Source: an uncultured Planctomycetota bacterium (GTDB lineage Bacteria; Planctomycetota; Planctomycetia; Isosphaerales; Isosphaeraceae). From it: DNA of 64,000 bases. Numbering within the stretch: position 1 is the stretch's first letter; every line of letters starts with the position of its first letter. The notes beneath the pieces are model-generated. The model did no database searches. It was not told where the DNA came from and worked only from the letters and a program-made list of their open reading frames with translations. Positions 51,491 to 64,000 of the stretch are shown here, piece after piece. Made by a program: the position numbers and the translations under genes. Location: assembly GCA_963845755.1 (NCBI GenBank), contig CAWJTV010000033.1, forward strand, positions 128,001 through 192,000, written 5' to 3'.

Positions 51491-54400
51491 ATGTCCACGG
51501 AATCCGGTACGCGCGACTACGGCCGGTTCGACGAGCTCGCCGAGGAGTTCGTCCAGCGGTATCGCGGGGGCGAGCGGCCGAGCGTGCAGGAGTATGTCGA
51601 CCGCCTGCCCGAGATGGCCGACGAGATCCGTGAGCTCTTCCCGGCCCTGGCCGAGGTCGAACAGGTCGAGGGCGACGCCCGCGAGGACGCGCTCCAGCAG
51701 CAGCGTCCCGCCGTCCCGCGCCTTTTGCAGATAGGCGATTACCGGATCCTCCGTGAGGTCGGCCGAGGCGGCATGGGGGTGGTGTACGAGGCCGAGCAGA
51801 TCTCGCTGGGCCGCCGCGTGGCCCTGAAGGTCCTGCCTGGGCAGGCGTCGGGCGACCGGGTGGTCCAGGAGCGGTTCCGCCGGGAGGCCCGCGCCGCGGC
51901 CAGGCTGCACCACACCAACATCGTCCCGGTCTACGAAATCGGCCAGGACGGGGATTTCCGCTTCTATGCCATGCAGTTCATCGATGGCCTGGGGCTCGAT
52001 GCGGTCATCACCGAGCTGCATCGGCTCCTGGACCGGGCCCGATCCCAGTCCGGGATCAAGGCGGCCTCCGGGGGCTGGTCGCGGCGGCCCCGGGGAAAGC
52101 CCTCCCGGCATGGTATCGACACGCCGACTCTCGGCGACGGGATCGAGGTCAGCGCGGTGTTGCGGTCCATCCTGACCGGTCGGTTCGACCCGGGCGGCCG
52201 CGGGCCGGATCCGGCGGGTGACTCGCCGTCGATGCGGGCCGGGGACCCCGCCGAAGGCCTCGCGGCACCGACCGGGACCGGGACGGACCGTCCCGCGTCC
52301 GGATCCGACGGCGCGCCGACGCGGACCTCGGCCGGCAGTGCGGCCTCCGGCGACGCAACTGGCCCACAACGGGCGCAGCCACCCGAACCCGACTTCTCAA
52401 AGTCCCCCTCCCCGTCGTCGACCTCGGCGATCCTGCCCGGGGGGACTCAGCTCTCCTCGGTCGAGTCGGGCCGGCGTGGGTTCTTCCGCAGCCTGGCTCA
52501 GATCGGCCGGCAGGTGGCCGGAGGCCTCGCCTATGCTCACGCACGCGGGATCGTGCATCGGGACATCAAGCCCTCGAACTTGCTGCTGGACACCGAGGGC
52601 GTGGTCTGGATCGCCGACTTCGGCCTGGCCAAGGGGGATGACGAGGGGCTGACCCACACCGGCGACATCCTGGGCACGCTCCGCTACATGGCCCCCGAAC
52701 GCTTCCGGGGCGAAGGGGATACCCGGGCCGACGTCTACGCGCTGGGGTTGACCCTCTACGAGCTGCTCACGCTGCACGCGGGCTTCGAGTCGTCGGACCG
52801 GCTCAAGCTGATCGAGCAGATCAAGACCGAGGAGCCGCCGAGGCCCCGGTCTATCGATGGGCGGATCCCGCGGGACCTGGAGACGATCGTCTTGAAGGCG
52901 ATCGAGAAGGACCCCAAGGCGCGGTACCAGACGGCCGAGGCGATGGCGGAGGACCTGGGGCGGTTCCTGGCCGACGAGCCGATCAAGGCCCGCCAGGTCG
53001 GCGCCGCGGAGCGATACTGGCGGTGGGCGCGGCGCAACCCAGCGATCGCCGTGCTGGGCGGAGTGCTGACGGCGCTTCTGGTCGCGGCAACGGTCGGCTC
53101 GCTTATCGTCGCAGGGAACATGGCCCGCCTGGCGGAGAACGCGCAACACGCAGCGCAGTCCGAAACATGGTCGCGTCTGGATGCCGATCTGGCCCGCGAC
53201 GCGGCCCGCAAGAACGAAGGGGAGGCGATCGCCGCCCGGGACGTGGCGAAGCAGGCCCGCAACGCCGCCGCCCACCAGGCCGCCGGGCTGCTGCTCGACC
53301 GTGGGATCGAGGACGCCCACGGCGGGGAGCCAGCCCTGGCGTTGCATCTCTTCGTCCAGCGCATCCGGGCGCTGCCGGCCGGCGACTCGCTGGCGGCCCC
53401 GCTCGGCGGCGTGATCCGCGCGAACCTGACCGCCTGGGCCGAGACCGTACCGGCGCTCGAGTCCATCTGGCCGGGCGGGATCCACTACACGGATATCGCC
53501 TTCAGTCCCGAAGCCGATCGAATCGCCATGGCCACTGCCGAGGATGAGATCCAGTGCTTCCAGACCGACTCCGGTCGCCCGGTCGGCCCGCCGGCCAGGA
53601 TACCCGACGGGGTGGGTGAGTCGATCGTGTTCGCGCCCGATTCGCGGAGCCTATGGATTGCCTCTCCCCACCGTCGGAAGAGGGGCGCCGCGAAGTGGGC
53701 CATCCACCGCCTCGACCCGGTGTCGGGCCGCCCGGTCCAGCCGCCAATCCCGACCAGTGGGCCCGTCCTCGATCTGAGCGTCAGCCCGGAGGGACGATAC
53801 CTGGTCGGGTCAGTCCTCGGGCTCCGCCCGGACGATCCGGGTCCCGGTCCCCCCGGGAGCTTGTTGAACGACCACCAGTGGCGAACCGCGTCGATCATGG
53901 TGTGGGAGATCGCCAGTGGCCGGGTCGTCCGCAAGGTAGACGTCAGCGCCGAGTCATGCCTTTCGTTCATGGGCCTCTCGCCGGATGGAAGATCGGTGAC
54001 CGCCTGGGTCTCGCGCGAGCCGAACGCCTTCGAAGGGATCACCTTCACCGTGGACGGAGATGAGCCTCCGATCCGCCTCGGGCCTCATCCACTGGCACCG
54101 AGTAATCCATGGGCACTCAACTTCCAGAACAACAGGCGCACCGCGCTGGTGATCAAGGACGACCAGATCCACCGCTGGTCGGTCATGAATCCTGGCGTCG
54201 TCGGTCCTGGCCTTTCTACTCCGTTCCGCATGATGTATCGCGAGCCGGCGCCGGACGGACGGTCCGTGATCTCTCTCGAGCAGGGCCGGGTGTACGATGT
54301 CGGCGCCTGGCCACCTCGACCATCGCGAGTTCGGTTTGCTCATCCGGGTTGGGTGAATAATGTCTACAACGGCGACCTTGTCCAAGAGGCAGAGAGTCGA

Positions 54401-56839
54401 GAGAAGTACAGCTCGGACGAGCGGTTTGTCGCGACCTGGGCATACTTACGCAGCGGGGTCGACCGGCGATTGTGGCGACTCCCACGTCCCCGCAGCCGGA
54501 CGTCGCTCTCGCCGGCAGACTTTGGTCCGCCGTCGAGACAGCGGAACTTCTATGAATTCGCCCAGTTCGACCCTCATGGTGCGACCGCGGTTCTCTATTG
54601 GCATCAAGAAGCCCTGGAGACACACGACGTTCTCCTGGCGGATGTTTCAACCGGAGCCGAACGCGGTACAAACGTTCGCCATGGCGCATTAGTTCGGCGT
54701 GTTGTGTTCACTCGAGACGGCCGCTACTTCGCCACAGCCGGTCAAGATGCAACCGCCCGGGTCTGGGACACCGCCACGGGCCGACCGGCCGGACCGTCCC
54801 TTCATCACCGTAATTGGGTCGCCGACGTCTCATTCAGTCCGGACGGGAACACGCTCGCCGCCGGCGACTACGGACCGGCCGGACTGATCAAACTCTGGGA
54901 CTGGCGGACCGGGAAAGAGCTTCGTCCGCCGCTCCAACATGACGACATTGTCATCAATATTGACTTCAGTCCTGACGGCAAGTATATCGCCGCACTCAAA
55001 GCTCCGGACTGGTCCAAGAAACCCGAAATGATCCTTTGGGAGGTCGGCTCCGGAAGGACGGTCTTCCGGGCGCCACATCACTATGCGAGTCACCGCTTTG
55101 TTCAGGCCCGCGATACGGTCGGTGCATTCAATCTCCAATTCCGACCCGATGGTCGGGCGGTCGTGGCACTTGCCGCGAGTGGAGATCTTGCGCCTTTGGG
55201 AGGTGCCGTCCGGCAAGCTCCTCGGTGAGCGGCGGCTCGACCATGCCGGGGTGCCGCGGTTCTCGCCGGATAGCCGAGTGGTCGCGGCGGTCGCGAACCT
55301 CGGCGTCCGCCTGCTCGGCGCCGACACCCTCGTCCCGCTTCCCGGCGGCTATCTTCCCCATCCGGACCCGATCGAGGACGTGGCCTTCAGCCCGGACGGG
55401 GCATTTCTGCTGACCGGTCACTCGACCGGCTCCGCCCAGCTCTGGGAGGTCGCCACCCGCAAGCCGATCGGCCCCCCGGCCGTCCTCATCGGACCGATCC
55501 GCGCGGTCACCTTCACCCCCGATGGCCAGACGTGCGTGTGCGTGGCCGCCGACGGCACCGTCAGGCGCTGGCCGGTGCCCCTCCCGTTCGCCGAGCCAGA
55601 CCTCGCCCGTCTGGCCGATCGAGTCGCCTTGTTGACTGGCCAGCGCATGGACGAGAGCCAGGGGCTCGACTTCGTCCCGGACGACGAGTGGAGATCCCTT
55701 CGCGATCGGCTCGTGGGCGAGAGCAGCACGGCGATGGTCCCGCCCCGGCCGGACGCCGACTGGCACGACACGGCTGCCGCCGACGCCGAGCAGGATCGGG
55801 ACGTCTTCGGGGCCGAATGGCACCTCGACCGGCTGGCCGCCCTGCGCCGCGCGACTGGACCATCCCCGCCCGCCGAGGACGCCTGCTGGCTCGGGCCGGC
55901 CGGCACGAGGAGGCCGCGTCATCCTACGCCGCAGCCCGGCCTCTCGCCCCGTCCCCCCGCAACCTGGCCGACTGGCTGCGGGCCGCCGCCGCCGAGGACG
56001 AGGCGACCAGGAGGTACGACGAAGGGCTGTGGAACCTGGACCGGGCGGTCGAGATCACCCCGGATGACTGGACCCTGTACGCAACCCGGGCCGCGCTGGC
56101 GGACCTGGCCGGGCACCCCGACCGGGCCACGGCCGACCTGGACGAGGCGATCCGCCGTGGTGCGGAGGCGTCCGTGATCTCCTGGGCCGCCGATCGCGCG
56201 GCCAGGGCGAGCGACTGGAAGCGTGCAGCAACCTTCCTGACCACGATGGCCCGCGACCCAGCCTCCTCGACCGGGACTCGTTTTCGCCAGATCTTTGCCT
56301 CGTTGAAGGCCGGTGACAACGCGGGCTATCGCACCGCCTGCGCCGAGTTCGCGGGGCGGGTGCCCCCGGTCGGCCCGGGGCTCTCGGGGAGCCAGGCCAA
56401 CAACGCGGCCTGGGCCTTCGCGCTCGGTCCCACCGCCACCGATGACTGGACCAGGCCGCTCGGCTGGATGGACCACGCCCTGGCCCGGCTTGCCGCGTTC
56501 GAGAAGGCGAACCCGACGGCCAAGGACCAGATCCGGCAGACGCGCCATGTTTTCCTCAACACTCGCGGGGCGGTGCTGTACCGTGCCGGCCGGTTCGAGG
56601 AGGCGGCGCGAACGCTCCGGGAGGGCATCGCGCTCGACCCGCGCGATGCGGCGTTCCAGGATTGGCTGTTCCTGGCCCTCGCCGAACACCGCCTCGGCCA
56701 CGCGGACGACGCGAAAGGGGCCGCGGTCAAGGCCCGGGCGGCGCGTTCCGCAGCGATGGCCGGCTCGGTCTGGGATCGGGCCGAGATTGAGCTGCTGGCC
56801 GCGGAGCTGGACGCCGCCGTACCGCCCCCGGGCCAGTGA
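51491..56839 (+). CDS. Ser/Thr protein kinase with TM, WD40 repeats and TPR region; frameshifted near 55190 and 55845
   Basis: GRGGMGVVY, VALKVL, HRDIKPSN, DFGLAK, GTLRYMAPE; WARRNP TM; FSPDG WD40 repeats; C-terminal TPRs. Confidence 0.92.
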
Positions 56840-57004
56840 GGACGGCTCGGCCTGTGAAAGAAACGCGGGCGTCGAGTGATTGACCGGCCCGAGTCCTCCT
56901 TCTAGATTGAATAGGGTTCCAGGCGTTGCGATGCGACCCCCTGGAAGCCGGCCCGGTCACGCGATGGAGTTGCTACCTCTCACCCTCGTGCAGGATCTCG
57001 ACCC

Positions 57005-58342
57005 ATGACCTTCCCACCCCTCGCCCGCGTCCGCCAATCGATCCCACAACCCAAGGTGGAGGACGTCCCGGGGACCGTGCGCCGACTGATCCGGTCGAGC
57101 CGGCTGCGCCAGCGCGTCAAGCCCGGCGGCACGATCGCCGTTGGGATTGGCAGCCGCGGCATTCATGGGATCGCCGTCGTGGCCAAGGCGATCGTGGGCA
57201 CGCTCAAAGAGATGGAGTATCGGCCGTTCATCGTGGCGGCGATGGGGAGCCACGGAGCGGCGACCTCCGAGGGCCAGCGCGAGCTGCTGGCCGGCTATGG
57301 GGTGACGTCTGAGACGATGGGCGTCCCGGTCAAGACCGACATGGAGACCCGGGTCCTGGGCACCAGCTCGGTCGGGCTGCCGATCTATTTCGACCAGAAC
57401 GCCTATGAGGCCGACGGGATCGTGCTGGCCAATCGCGTCAAGCCCCACACCGACTTCCGGGGCATTCACGAATCGGGCGTCCTGAAGATGCTCGTCATCG
57501 GCCTCGGCAAACGGGAAGGCGCCAGCCAGGTCCACAAACTCGGCCTTCGGGGCGTGCACGAGGTGCTCCCCTCCGTCGGCCGGTTCCTGGTCGAGCACAC
57601 GCGATTCGCCCTCGGTCTGGCGATCCTCGAGAACGCCGATGACGTGCCCGCGGAGATCGTCGCCCTGGAACCCGAGACCATCTTCGACCTCGAGCCGAAA
57701 CTGCTCGACCGCGCCCGCGGGCTGATGGGCCGGCTACCGTTCGACCAGATCGACGTGCTGGTCGTCGGCGAGCTGGGCAAGAACTATTCGGGCGCCGGTA
57801 TGGACCCGAATGTCATCGGCCGGCTGATGATCGAGACGCAGCCGGACCTCGAACGTCCCAGGGTGACGCGCCTGGTGGTGCTCGACGTCTCCGACGAGAG
57901 CCACGGCAACATCGTCGGCATCGGCTTCGCCGACCTGACCACCGAACGCCTGGTTTCCAAGATGGAGACCGGGCCGTTCTACATCAATACGCTGACCTCG
58001 TGCTTCCTGGAACGGGCCCGGATTCCCATCACCCTGCCGACCGACCGCGACGTGCTCCAGGCCGCAATCGAGACCTGCTGGCGCGTTAACCCGTCCGAGG
58101 CACGCATCGTCATCATCCCCAACACGCTCGAGCTGAACACGCTCTGGGTCTCATCGCCGCTCGATGATGAGGTCCGCGCCCATCCCCACCTCACCCGGGA
58201 GACCGAATTCCTGCCGATGCCGATCGGTAACGACGACTCGCTGGACCTCGTCCGATTATTCCCGGAGAGCGTCCGCGCAAGACGCTCGCGGACGGGGGAA
58301 CGCGCCGCGGGCGAACGGCTGGCGGTGGCATCCGCCCGCTGA
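57005..58342 (+). CDS. LarA (lactate racemase)-like / DUF362-type protein
   Basis: IAVGIGSRGI, AMGSHGAATSEGQ, NRVKPHTDF, ESGVLKM...GLGK and SGAGMDPNVIGR. Confidence 0.75.
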   Translation: MTFPPLARVRQSIPQPKVEDVPGTVRRLIRSSRLRQRVKPGGTIAVGIGSRGIHGIAVVAKAIVGTLKEMEYRPFIVAAMGSHGAATSEGQRELLAGYGVTSETMGVPVKTDMETRVLGTSSVGLPIYFDQNAYEADGIVLANRVKPHTDFRGIHESGVLKMLVIGLGKREGASQVHKLGLRGVHEVLPSVGRFLVEHTRFALGLAILENADDVPAEIVALEPETIFDLEPKLLDRARGLMGRLPFDQIDVLVVGELGKNYSGAGMDPNVIGRLMIETQPDLERPRVTRLVVLDVSDESHGNIVGIGFADLTTERLVSKMETGPFYINTLTSCFLERARIPITLPTDRDVLQAAIETCWRVNPSEARIVIIPNTLELNTLWVSSPLDDEVRAHPHLTRETEFLPMPIGNDDSLDLVRLFPESVRARRSRTGERAAGERLAVASAR

Positions 58343-58348
58343 TCCGCT

Positions 58349-59545
58349 CTAGTTGGCCTTGGGGTTGAGGCCGGGCGAGCCGGGCTGGAGGGGTAAGGAC
58401 GCCGTGGCTCCTCGTGACGAAGGGACGACCTTGCTGGCCGCCTGGCGGACCACGATCGATTGGTCGGAACGGGCCATCTCGGCAAGTCGCTTGCGAACCG
58501 AGGGGGATTGGTGGGCAGCCAGCGCCTCGATCGCGCTCATCCGGACCATCTCCTCCGAGTCCCGGGAGAGCTGGATCAGCCACACCACCGGATCGATGTC
58601 GGTGCGGTCCTTCAGGAACGGAATGACCGAGATACGCTGCTGAGGTCTCGGACTGAAGATCAGGCCGCCCAGACTGATTTGCTCACGGGTCAGCCCGCGA
58701 GTTTGGAGGATCAGGGTGGCCGTCTCCCGGTTCGAGGCATCCCCATCGTGGAGGCGTTTCAGGAGCATGTCATCGGTCAACAACAGGTTGCGTCGAGCGA
58801 ACGAGAGCATGGTTTGCTTGCGCACGTCGGAGTCCGGGTTCTCCAGGTAGGCGATCGCCGGCGCGGCGGAACGGTCGATCGGCAGAGAGCCCAGGCAGGA
58901 GATCGCCGCGATGAGGGTGTGGGGATCGCGATGGCCCAGTGCCCGCACAACCGGCGGATAGAGGGCATTCTTCCAGTCGGCCAGGCCATTCTCCTCGGCC
59001 GGCGTGAGCGATCGGCCGGGAAGCCAGACCCAGATCTTGGCGATCTCGGTCAGGGCCGCGGCACGGACATCGTGACTCGCGTCAGCCAGACCGGCCGTCA
59101 AGAGGTCGTGGATCGGTTGGATGGCCTTATCCCATCGCGCAGACGCCGGCTCGACCGCGAATTGATCGAGGATCCGGAATGCCACCGCTACCGCGATCGC
59201 GCGGGCCGGCCCATTGAAGGTCACGAATCCCGACCGTATCCCGGAAAGCGCCTCGACCCACTCCGTGGCCTGCTCGTCGTTCAAAGCCACACGCGTTGAA
59301 CCATCTTGCGCAAGGTGCTGCTGAATGAAAACAAGCGCCCGGGAATTACCGGCCCGCAAGGCCTGTGTGAGGTCGCCCAACGAGCTCGTCGCATCGATCG
59401 GCGTCGGGCCCGCCGTGCTGGATCGCGAGACGCCACGACGGGTCCCGAACATCCCGAACTTCCACCCGACGATCGTGGCCGTGAGCACCACGGCCACTCC
59501 CAAGATGCCCGCGACTTTCCGGCTCACGCGACGTCGCTCCGGCAT
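58349..59545 (-). CDS. HEAT-repeat protein with an N-terminal membrane anchor
   Basis: N-terminal TM; repeated D...VR..A...L helical pairs. Confidence 0.7.
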   Translation of the reverse strand: MPERRRVSRKVAGILGVAVVLTATIVGWKFGMFGTRRGVSRSSTAGPTPIDATSSLGDLTQALRAGNSRALVFIQQHLAQDGSTRVALNDEQATEWVEALSGIRSGFVTFNGPARAIAVAVAFRILDQFAVEPASARWDKAIQPIHDLLTAGLADASHDVRAAALTEIAKIWVWLPGRSLTPAEENGLADWKNALYPPVVRALGHRDPHTLIAAISCLGSLPIDRSAAPAIAYLENPDSDVRKQTMLSFARRNLLLTDDMLLKRLHDGDASNRETATLILQTRGLTREQISLGGLIFSPRPQQRISVIPFLKDRTDIDPVVWLIQLSRDSEEMVRMSAIEALAAHQSPSVRKRLAEMARSDQSIVVRQAASKVVPSSRGATASLPLQPGSPGLNPKAN

Positions 59546-60012
59546 GTTTGCCTCCCTGCATTACTGCAACCGTGCAATGTGTCCCCGCTTCGCTTCGAGA
59601 GCTGAGTTCGCCGCGGCTCCGGGATTCGGATTGACGGGGGATCGACGCAAGTTACCGGGATCAAACGATCCGGAGTGTCCGGGCGACGGGTTGATCCGTC
59701 GTCCCGCGGTGGAGCGGCGCGACTATCCATCGGGGCGACATCTTAGTAGGTAACCCGAACGGGACAAGACCATTTCGTCGGAAGAATGCCGATCCCGGGA
59801 CCACGCCCGTTCCCAATGATGAGGTCGGGATGGCCTAGCAGTGTGAACCGACCGACCCGGACTTCGGCGTCCCCGTCGCCGCCAATCGAGCGTGGGATGC
59901 GATCGTCCTCCGGGTCGGACTTCCTCCCAAGCCCGAGCGCGGCGCCAAGGCCGGCGCCGGCAAGACCCGTCGGAACTGACCGCACCGATGCGAATGTAAG
60001 GCACTCGAGAAG

Positions 60013-62060
60013 TTAGCGGCTCTCAGGACGCGTCTCGATCCGTCCCAGCGCCGCGCGTGCCACGTCGGTTGCGATCGAACCCGGCGCGCCGTGTTCGCGT
60101 GCCCACTGCAGGTGGGACAGCGCCGCGGTGCGGTCCCCGGCTTGCAGCCGGTCGAGGCCGAGGAACGCATGGGCCTCCGTCTGAAACTTGTCTCCGCCCG
60201 CAGCTCGGAGCAAGCCAGCCTCGTCGAGATCGCCTCGGAAATACCGGAGGATCGGTACCGGCCAGGTCCGTCCGCGGAGATTCGCAAGGGCTTCGTCGAC
60301 GAGCCGGCGCGCCTGGGCCTCGCGCGGCGTCCCTCGGGCACCGAGGATCGCGAGCAGGGCCATGTAGGGCGAAAGCGGTTCGTGCCATCCGCGGAGCGCG
60401 AGATAGGCGCGGGCATCGTTATCGGCCCACTCAGCCCCTGCGCACAGACGAGACCAACCCCGGGCGACGTAGAGGTCGGCGCGCTTCGGGTCGATCGCGA
60501 CCGCGCGATCGTAGTCCGTCAGGGCCCCGCGCCAGTCACCCTCCTGGCGCCGCGACGTTGCCACGGGCCTCGATGACCTCCACACGGTTCGGGTCCAGTT
60601 TCAGCGCCATGTCGAACTCGTGGATGGCCTCCTCGCGATGGCCGAGTTGCGACTGGATCCGGCCGATAGCTGTGTAAGCCGGTGCGAGGCGCGGGTCGAG
60701 CTCAACCGCTTGGGTGTAATCCTCCAGCGCCCGGTCTCGCATCCCCAGCCGGACGAATGCCTCGGCGCGATTGAAATGAGTGATCGGGTTTCGCGGCTCC
60801 CGCTGGATGGCCAGGCTGAGGTCGGCGATCGCCGCATCGTACTCGCCGATCGCGAAATAAACGCGCCCGCGGTTGGAGTAGGCTCCCGCGTTCGCCGGAT
60901 CGAGCCGGATCGCCTCGGTCAGGTCATCAACCGCGCGTTCAAAGTGCCCCTGATCGGTGAAGGCGACCCCTCGATTCTGATACGCCGTCGCTCGCTTCGG
61001 ATCGAGCCGGATCGCCTCATCCAGGTCCTTGATCGCGCGATCGAGCTGACCCATCCGGACCAGCACGCCGCCCCGGTCTTTGTAGGCTCCGGCGTTCTCG
61101 GGCATCAGCGTGATGAGCCGCATCGTAGTCGGCCAGCGCCAGCGCGTTCTGTCCCCGGCGCGCATGGGCGGCGCCCCGGTAGCTGTACGCCCTGGCGAAC
61201 TTCGGGTCGATCGCTAGGGCACGGTCGAGGCTCGCCAGGGCGGCCTCGTCACGACCCAGCTCGAACTCCACGATCCCGTGAAATACGAAGGCCCGCGAAT
61301 GCGAAGGATCCAGCCGGGTCGCTTCGTTGAAATCGGCGATCGCCTGATCGTACAACCGCTGTGACGCCAGGACCTCTCCGCGACCGGCGAATCCGTTGGC
61401 ATCGCTCGGATTGATCGCGATCGCCTGGTTGTAGGCCTCGACGGCCGCGCTGGCCTGGCCCAGTCGATAATACGCCTGGCCCAGTCCCGAGTAGGCGGCC
61501 GCGCGGCCGCGGATCATCTGGGCGCGGTTCTCCCCGGTCGGGGGGAAAGGACCCGCTATGAGAGTCGACAGGGTCAGACCTGACCCTTGCGAGTTCCACG
61601 GCAGGTTCCAGAGCGCCACCGATTGCTGGAAGCTCTGGAGTGCGTCCTGGTCACGTCCCAACATCAGCAAGGCGATGCCACGGTTCCCGTAGCTCTCGGC
61701 ATACGACAGGTCCACCGGAGTGGCAGGGATTCCCGCCGGTCCCGCGAAGAGACCGAACCTGGCGTGAATCGCGGCCTGCACGCTCCGCCGATTGATCCGC
61801 TCGAAATCCGGGAGTGCCTTCTCCGGCTGCTCGGTGCGGAGATAGCAGATGCCCCGCAGGTTCAGGATCTTCGCATGATTGGGATGCCGCTCCAGAACCT
61901 CGTTGAAATGCGGGATCGCCTCCGCGAATTGCCCTGTGTTGTAGAGGCGTAACCCTTCCAGCTCCGCCGCCGATGTGGACCCACCCCGCGTCGCCGTCGC
62001 GACCATCACGCTCAGTGCCATCGTCAACCCGAGAACCCGCGCATCCCATGAAGCCCACAT
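60013..62060 (-). CDS. Tetratricopeptide-repeat protein with an NlpI-like C-terminus; frameshifted near 61120 and 60550
   Basis: Many AY.NRG...AI.D...AI.LDP repeats across ORFs 61017, 60536 and 60013; WPVPILRYFRG...EAHAFLG tail. Confidence 0.88.
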
Positions 62061-62244
62061 GATCCATCCTCGCCTTCGCTCGTCGTTGGGACTTCCTCCT
62101 TGTTGTAATGTCGTCCCAATCGGGGACCGCCGATCGCACCCAGCCAGCAACCGGTGCGCGGGAAGTACAGGTCGTGACGCCTTTGCACAAGACGACGACT
62201 GAGGCCCGATCAACGCCCGTCGATTGGCCACGAATGTCTCGAAA

Positions 62245-63700
62245 TCATGACCGGGGCGCGTGCAGGGCGTGGACCTTCCGCGACCCCTGGATCGGGTGAG
62301 ACTTGGATTTGCGAACGTGGTGCGGAAGGACGGGATGCCTCGTCTTCGCTTTGGGTTTCGGGTGCTTCTTTGCCTTCTTCTTATGGCCTGAGATCGGGCT
62401 TACGCTTCCGTGTCCGAGGGTCCCTTGGCTCCCGGATTGCCCGGGGTTCACGGGACCGGGATCGGACGCGCCGAGATTCGACCCGCTGTCGACGCCGACG
62501 GTCGCGTTCAGGGCGAAGGTCTTGCCATCGATGAGGTGTGTGACGAGGACGCGGACCGCATAGACGCCGGCATACGCATAGCGATTCGAACCGATGACGG
62601 AAAAGGTGCCATCGGCGCTGGGGGTCACCGTGGCGAAGGAGGCATTGCCATCGCTCCAATCGATCCGGCGCGTATAACTCGACGCCGTGTCGCCGGCCTG
62701 GAACGGGATGAAGGACCCGAGCTGGCCGCTCACCAAGCCGCCACCAGCGGCGAAGAGGGTCGCACCGTTGGGATCCTCATCAAAATTCACCCGCATGTTG
62801 TCGTTCTGGACGACGACCGTCCGCGCAATCGGCGTAGCCAGCCCGCCGCCGCTGGCCGTGACCGTGTAGACACCGGCCGGCACCTGAATGCTGTAGCCAC
62901 CCGCTTCGAGCGTACTGGTCGTGCCCACGTTCGAAACGGTGATTGTCACACCGCCGAGTCCCTCGCCCGGCTCGTACTCGCCATTTCCGCTCGTATCGTT
63001 GAACACGACGCCCGTCAAGTATGGGTTGGAGTTCGACGTGGAGGCCATGTCGATCGTTGTGTCGGTCTGTCGGTAGATGAATCCGCCGGTCGTCGTGTCC
63101 TGGGAGGCGATGCCGATGCCGACCTGACGATCCGCGTGAAACTGGCCCCCGATGTCCAGGAGCATCACTCGGTGGCCGAGGTCGGGAACGCCCTGGTCGA
63201 CGATCAGGTTCGAGAGGCTGGCGCCGGCGTCCCAGGCTGCGTAATCGGCGGGGAACCCCGCACTGACGGATGTGGGGTTCGTGTCGGTCTCGATGCTCTC
63301 GGCATAACCCGTGTCGCTGAATCCGGTCGCCTCGATCCGTTGTTCGGGGCCAATCCCCTGGGGCGTATAGTGGCTGAAGTAAGCCTGAGCGATCATGTCC
63401 TGCGCGTGCAGTCGCGCCGATTCGACGAGCAGGGTGTTCATCGCCAGGGGCTGTGAAAGCGCGACGCTGGAGAGGTCCAGGCCCAGAGAGTCTCCATAGG
63501 CGGCCGGGTTGAACCGCGCGTCGTTGAGCTCCTCCAGGTAGAGCTCCTCGATCGCCGTCGGCGAGTACCCCGAGAGTAGCGTCCGATGCTCGAGATCTTC
63601 GAGAGCGGGACAGGACTTGCGCAGAGTACGACGGCTTCGCGGCGTTCCGAAGAGCAGATTGACCTCGGAGCGGTCTCGCTCAAGCTGTTCGCGATCCAGG
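62245..63700 (-). CDS. Exported CAP (SCP) domain protein with LEDLEHR motif, Ig/SdrD-like domains and a Lys/His-rich tail; start uncertain
   Basis: LEDLEHRTLLS; ARLHAQDM...FSH...ESI...GHRVMLL...VGIG; GVVFNDTSGNGEYEPGEGLGGVTI. Confidence 0.8.
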
Positions 63701-63840
63701 CCGTTCCGACCGCACTGGGGCGCGAGTGTGCCGATCTTCGAGCGTCCTGGCTCGAGTTCCAGGCTTCCCAACGAAAGGATCTTAGAATCCCTTCAGCCCG
63801 AGTGCGAGACTTTGCCGAAAGTGTTGCCTTTTCGACACAT

Positions 63841-64000
63841 TCACGCCTGGACTGTTGACGGCGGCGGGCCCATGAGGTCGCCCACTTCGATACGATGACC
63901 GTGGAGGAACTCAGCCGCGGTGAAGGGCCGTTTTCCGGGGACCTGGAGGACCAGGATCCGGATCGAGCCCTCCCCGGCGGCGACGACCAGCCGATCGCCT
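63841..64000 (-). CDS. fmt: Methionyl-tRNA formyltransferase, C-terminal end (partial, not in the ORF track)
   Basis: Manual translation gives ...GDRLVVAAGEGSIRILVLQVPGKRPFTAAEFLHGHRI...*, matching the Fmt C-terminal L.VA.G.G...I..LQ..GK......F..G pattern. Confidence 0.8.
   Translation of the reverse strand, partial: GDRLVVAAGEGSIRILVLQVPGKRPFTAAEFLHGHRIEVGDLMGPPPSTVQA

Overview
GC-rich bacterial chromosome segment, most consistent with a Planctomycete (Isosphaeraceae-like). This is suggested by LExLExR-type N-terminal export motifs, an ECF sigma factor paired with a Ser/Thr kinase, and a PEP-CTERM-like protein. Many genes, including essential dnaG, are broken by single-base indels, so most frameshifts are probably sequencing or assembly errors. 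Housekeeping genes include acyl-CoA dehydrogenase, enoyl-CoA hydratase, lgt, trpF, trxA, rpoD, dnaG, an HtrA protease, asnB, a threonine synthase-like enzyme, an M16 peptidase pair, a uvrA paralogue, an mntH-USP fusion and the end of fmt. The most interesting block is about 13.5-24.6 kb. It holds a PEP-CTERM-like surface protein and an ~8.3 kb RHS/YD polymorphic toxin gene that share a homologous ~170-aa domain and a 21-bp upstream motif (20/21 identical). These are followed by a low-GC GIY-YIG/URI-type toxin tip, an immunity gene and mobile-element debris. Other notable items are a two-gene (split) secreted copper amine oxidase with an atypical N-Y-M-Y cofactor motif, a YgxA-like nucleotidyltransferase overlapping a divergent uvrA, and a dispersed palindromic repeat family with a conserved bulged hairpin. 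No rRNA, tRNA or CRISPR array was recognised. All family assignments come from reading motifs by eye; no database searches were run.
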